Shown: positions 62,601-64,000 of the stretch, one piece after another
How positions within the stretch are numbered: the first letter of the stretch is position 1
Layout of the letters: each line of letters starts with the position of its first letter
Assembly (NCBI GenBank): GCA_963666365.2
Contig: CAXXNF010000002.1
Coordinates: 1,312,001-1,376,000 of the forward strand
Direction: 5' to 3'
DNA from: Syntrophales bacterium
GTDB taxonomy: Bacteria; Desulfobacterota; Syntrophia; Syntrophales; UBA2210
DNA: 64,000 bases
Notes under the pieces: generated by a model
The model's input: only the letters and a program-made list of their open reading frames with translations
What the model was told of the DNA's origin: nothing
Databases searched by the model: none
Position numbers and translations under genes: made by a program

Positions 62601-64000
62601 AACAACTATACGGCACAGCTGAGATTCATCCTTCCCTATCTCCGGAAGGCCGAGGCCGATCCGAACCTGACCTTTGAGATTCCCGCCAGCGTCTACAAGG
62701 AAATGTTCGGCTTCGACATGGACGGCGACGGCATCAACGATATGGATCCGCCTTCAGACCGGGTGTGCATCGACCAGGGAGACTTTTACCTCATCGACGC
62801 ACTGGCCTGTCTGATACTGGGAATCGGCGACGTATTCCACGCCTACAGCTTTCAGGGCGCCACCTTTGAGATAGCCGGCGACGTCAACAGCGATGGCTAC
62901 ATCAGCCCCGATGAGTATATGCCCCCCGCGCCCTATTACACGCTTAACGAGGGAGCGGCCGCCACACTGGCGGAAGCCAAAGAATTTCTGATAACCGCAG
63001 TGAACAAGGCGGACAGGGGAATCGGCCTGACGCTGGCCGAAACGGAGGATTATTATGAGATCCTGCCGGTAAACACGGATCCCGATTTCAGGGGCTTCAT
63101 GCAATCACTGCGAAGCAGCAGCACCTATGTGGATCTGAATGACCTGAAAGGGATGATCAACGGAGTGTACACCTTCGATCTCTCGAAGGGACCCTTCTAT
63201 CTGGCAGGGCAGTCCATCCGGGTCGATGCGATGAAGTTTTTCGACAATCCGCAGGACCTGCGGGATTACCTCCCCGAAATCAAGATCAGCGACGGGAGCA
63301 TGGCCTATCGCACTGATCCTGTGCTCGGAGGAAACATCCCCGACGGAAATCTGGCGGATGTCCTCAATTACGCCCTCGGCATTTCAACACTGACGGGCAT
63401 CCCGATTATAGAATCGCTTGCACCGGCGGCAGTCGCCCTGGGAGGCACGGTCACGATCACCGGCGAGGGGTTCGGCGAATCACAGGGGACCAGCGCCATC
63501 AGCGTGGCAAACCGGCCTGTACCCGCTACTGCCGTAACGTCGTGGTCCGATACGGAAATCCGTTTCACTGTACCTTCGGATATTATCTCGGGACGGCTCG
63601 TCGTAACTGTGGGGACACTGAGAAGCAACTCCCTGCGACTGGAAATCTCGGGCATGACCGTGGATAATTTCGACGAGGTCGCCTTCGCCGAGATGGCCGG
63701 CACTCCCCCGACCATTATCAACTCAGGCCTCTTCGTATACGATATCTACGACACATCCGATCCGAGCGGCGCCAGCCAGTCCGACTGGAGGATCGAAAAC
63801 GGATACCTCAAGGAGGGGAGCGATATATACAGTACCGGAGGCTCCCTGGATCCCAATGACAATCGTGCCAGGGGAAGCAACCTGGTCATGCAGCGGGGTT
63901 TCTTTTCGGATCTTGTGCTGACCGTCGGGTTCGGAAGCGCCACAGGATGGACAGCCGGTTCTGACAATGACGGCATTGGCGTGCTGTTCAGGTATCAGGA
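56649..64000 (+). CDS. Giant secreted repeat protein, 3' part (>=2,450 codons, open past window end): PPC-like repeats, PKD, two Ig-like, Fn3-like, ASH/choice-of-anchor-D-like, dockerin, TPR-like, EF-hand loops, IPT/TIG, lectin-like domain
   Basis: Spot translation of frame +3 from ATG 56649 gives the same repeats (e.g. DAAPDPYEPN near 57930) and is still in frame at the end (SDNDGIGVLFRYQ); absent from the ORF track, consistent with no stop codon in the window. Confidence 0.88.
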   Translation, partial: MRTSLGMYTANADWAYVTASANDPGDPVTLTWNIDEPGDYFIKIDDSNNNEGAQYTLSATLQIAPDPYEPNQDPTHAASVKIGDMIQAYIFPGGDQDWYKVALATPGTLHMSLTNMPDNLSGQITVYDRNTSYTYVYSYAQNDGDNVYLDYNVTAPGTYFIKIHDTGNDFNAQATYTFSTGFDAAPDPYEPNDDYWHSTPLTQSPVQAYIFPNGDYDRYKFYAESGAELVITVDETPDNLRPQLQLYNDNLRYMYEQATTDVEGAPVTLTYTAEYTGYYYLLVRDRDGDWSSTQTYRLSVTGADLSYQPSGTPQTAEVEPNNEFRNATLIAAGTTTGTFSGDEDWYRFEVTERTRLTLALSSPATVRSAIRLYNANYSERASRYAENAGDFSRFSFDIDEPGIWYVRIYAEDDTVSAESYELQITLDAAPDPYEPNPDYAQATPLAFGEPVQAYIFPAGDQDWFRMEIPEPGVFHFALDNVPPGVEISMALNNQDNSHLFSKESLNYGTPLEETYVAEEAGDYYLRIYDRGNDETSVAPYTLTATFTPFIDPWEWNNNFGYATAMNEDNQISGFIYPENDEDWYTFMVDQAGILTIQLAETEGIRPRMWLYTDSKDYLTEMTATERGDDLLMTCEVTVPDRYYLRIRSEDGVHSMTPYVLNIRGGAFGDYYPMAAIDDMTPNPAIIAEPVTLTGSGFDEDGTIVAYEWVSDRDGALGNDSEAVLSTLTEGAHRISLRVQDNSGHWSGWVHKHLYVTDRIVTEAEYNDDIEQAYPVPLSTWITGRIYPRNEDDFYKIYLEQRGYLTTLVDAVPADMRAAIAFYDGNGDYMYRNASANNFGDWFYRSDFLEAGWYYVRVDDRDGRSYDRTYGIRFDFTAAQDIHEPNDDAASATPIPATHVVSDARICRQGDEDWYRITVDTVGKLALSITQAPPEMRGQITIYDSNIGYTYVYEDAYHGGEDVFLDYDITLPGTYYIRIHDHGNEAHTAPYTFTSRFTPVDDVYEYNDDAGHATLMPQSAVDAFIFPRGDEDWYRIYAGQDDVLSMAVTGTPADMRAGITIYGRDINYTYTNETANNDGDNVYLTYTVPSDGFYYIRVRDDNGRSHVASYRFTVEGGTVNYEPPFAPATTEQEPNGAFSEATDIALDTNISGAIDPGNDYDWYRFYINAPGIVTISHTGIPADVKSEMWIYNRDYSQTDYRITTETGVDNVLVTTVNEGGYYYIRLRDNTGTGSTSAYTLRVTHQAVVDGYEPNDNFGSATPLGQGTVQGYLFDDDDEDWYRIYVRDAATLSISLDVVPEDLRPWVALLDNNKSQLATYVNTNPGVGGENVIVRDAPEPGFYYVRVVDEDNGYSASPYTLRITGADFSQAPLLAPIGDRTIDETMAYAFTVDATDPDNPQDLVFSATGLPPGATFDPATRTFNWTPARGQSGVYPGIHFEVSDGTYSDSEDITVTVAALSRPPVLSPIGNRTVSVGTHLSFQISGADPDTGDVLTYSADGLPSGATFDPATRTFNWTPTENQTGLHDGILFEVTDGSWTDFEYIDIEVTAVAPTVITGDVSDISETGADAGGEVVSDGGADITERGVVYALHGAPTTDDLTVTTSWAGTGTFNVTLQGLAPATLYYLRAYAVNDAGVAYGEERIFTTLAPTAPIITISPESHDFGAVPQGTESPGQVFTVRNTGNADLVIDTVRLTGANADEFALHNDSCSGRTIASGETGAIEVVFAPTSPGAKGASLSLPSNDPRNQTLLVPLTGEGLEEAILKGDVSADGVVDLADAILTLQIVTDGSPAATIEVRADVNGDGRIGLQEALYILREVSSNSGGVSEEEKQLAIQKVTEAMPIIETGDFTAARAKFEEALAADPGNTKANAGYYLSAVGENAPVFQNMMQDLSASLQANDLSSGYSLMLQTFNLFDRLPFFSLSTTREGASVQSVKTPLAAYEIDIDLEIPNSLKELVLRVTKGVPLIDTSYFAAMNSAKTLLNNYTAQLRFILPYLRKAEADPNLTFEIPASVYKEMFGFDMDGDGINDMDPPSDRVCIDQGDFYLIDALACLILGIGDVFHAYSFQGATFEIAGDVNSDGYISPDEYMPPAPYYTLNEGAAATLAEAKEFLITAVNKADRGIGLTLAETEDYYEILPVNTDPDFRGFMQSLRSSSTYVDLNDLKGMINGVYTFDLSKGPFYLAGQSIRVDAMKFFDNPQDLRDYLPEIKISDGSMAYRTDPVLGGNIPDGNLADVLNYALGISTLTGIPIIESLAPAAVALGGTVTITGEGFGESQGTSAISVANRPVPATAVTSWSDTEIRFTVPSDIISGRLVVTVGTLRSNSLRLEISGMTVDNFDEVAFAEMAGTPPTIINSGLFVYDIYDTSDPSGASQSDWRIENGYLKEGSDIYSTGGSLDPNDNRARGSNLVMQRGFFSDLVLTVGFGSATGWTAGSDNDGIGVLFRYQ

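Overview
A chromosomal segment, probably from an anaerobic Deltaproteobacterium (Desulfobacterota/Syntrophales-like; inferred from gene content, not checked by search). It opens with the tail of a type I restriction-modification locus (RhuM-family gene and hsdR). A metal and cofactor neighbourhood follows: slyD carrying a 112-bp tandem duplication, a LUD-domain protein, a znuABC-like operon headed by a small ribbon-helix-helix/Cys-rich regulator, a PilT paralog, larC(frameshifted)-larE-larB without larA, and a minimal SufCB (SMS) pair. The middle holds housekeeping and catabolic genes (purU, mdh, radical SAM, rng, glyQS, acyl-CoA ligases, SDRs, a GlcDF-like pair), a nucleotide-sugar cluster (WbpA-like, WbpB-WbpD fusion, gmd, fcl) and a PTPS-folE2 pair. 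From 52.9 kb to the window end runs a giant secreted repeat protein (>3,600 aa visible). It has one frame break, and its second 7.3-kb half is missing from the ORF track because it has no stop in the window. Non-coding structure includes GGGACA-core REP-like palindromes, a heptamer microsatellite at two loci and a purine-rich 9-mer array. No rRNA, tRNA, CRISPR or transposase was recognised. The three frame lesions may be assembly or sequencing artefacts.
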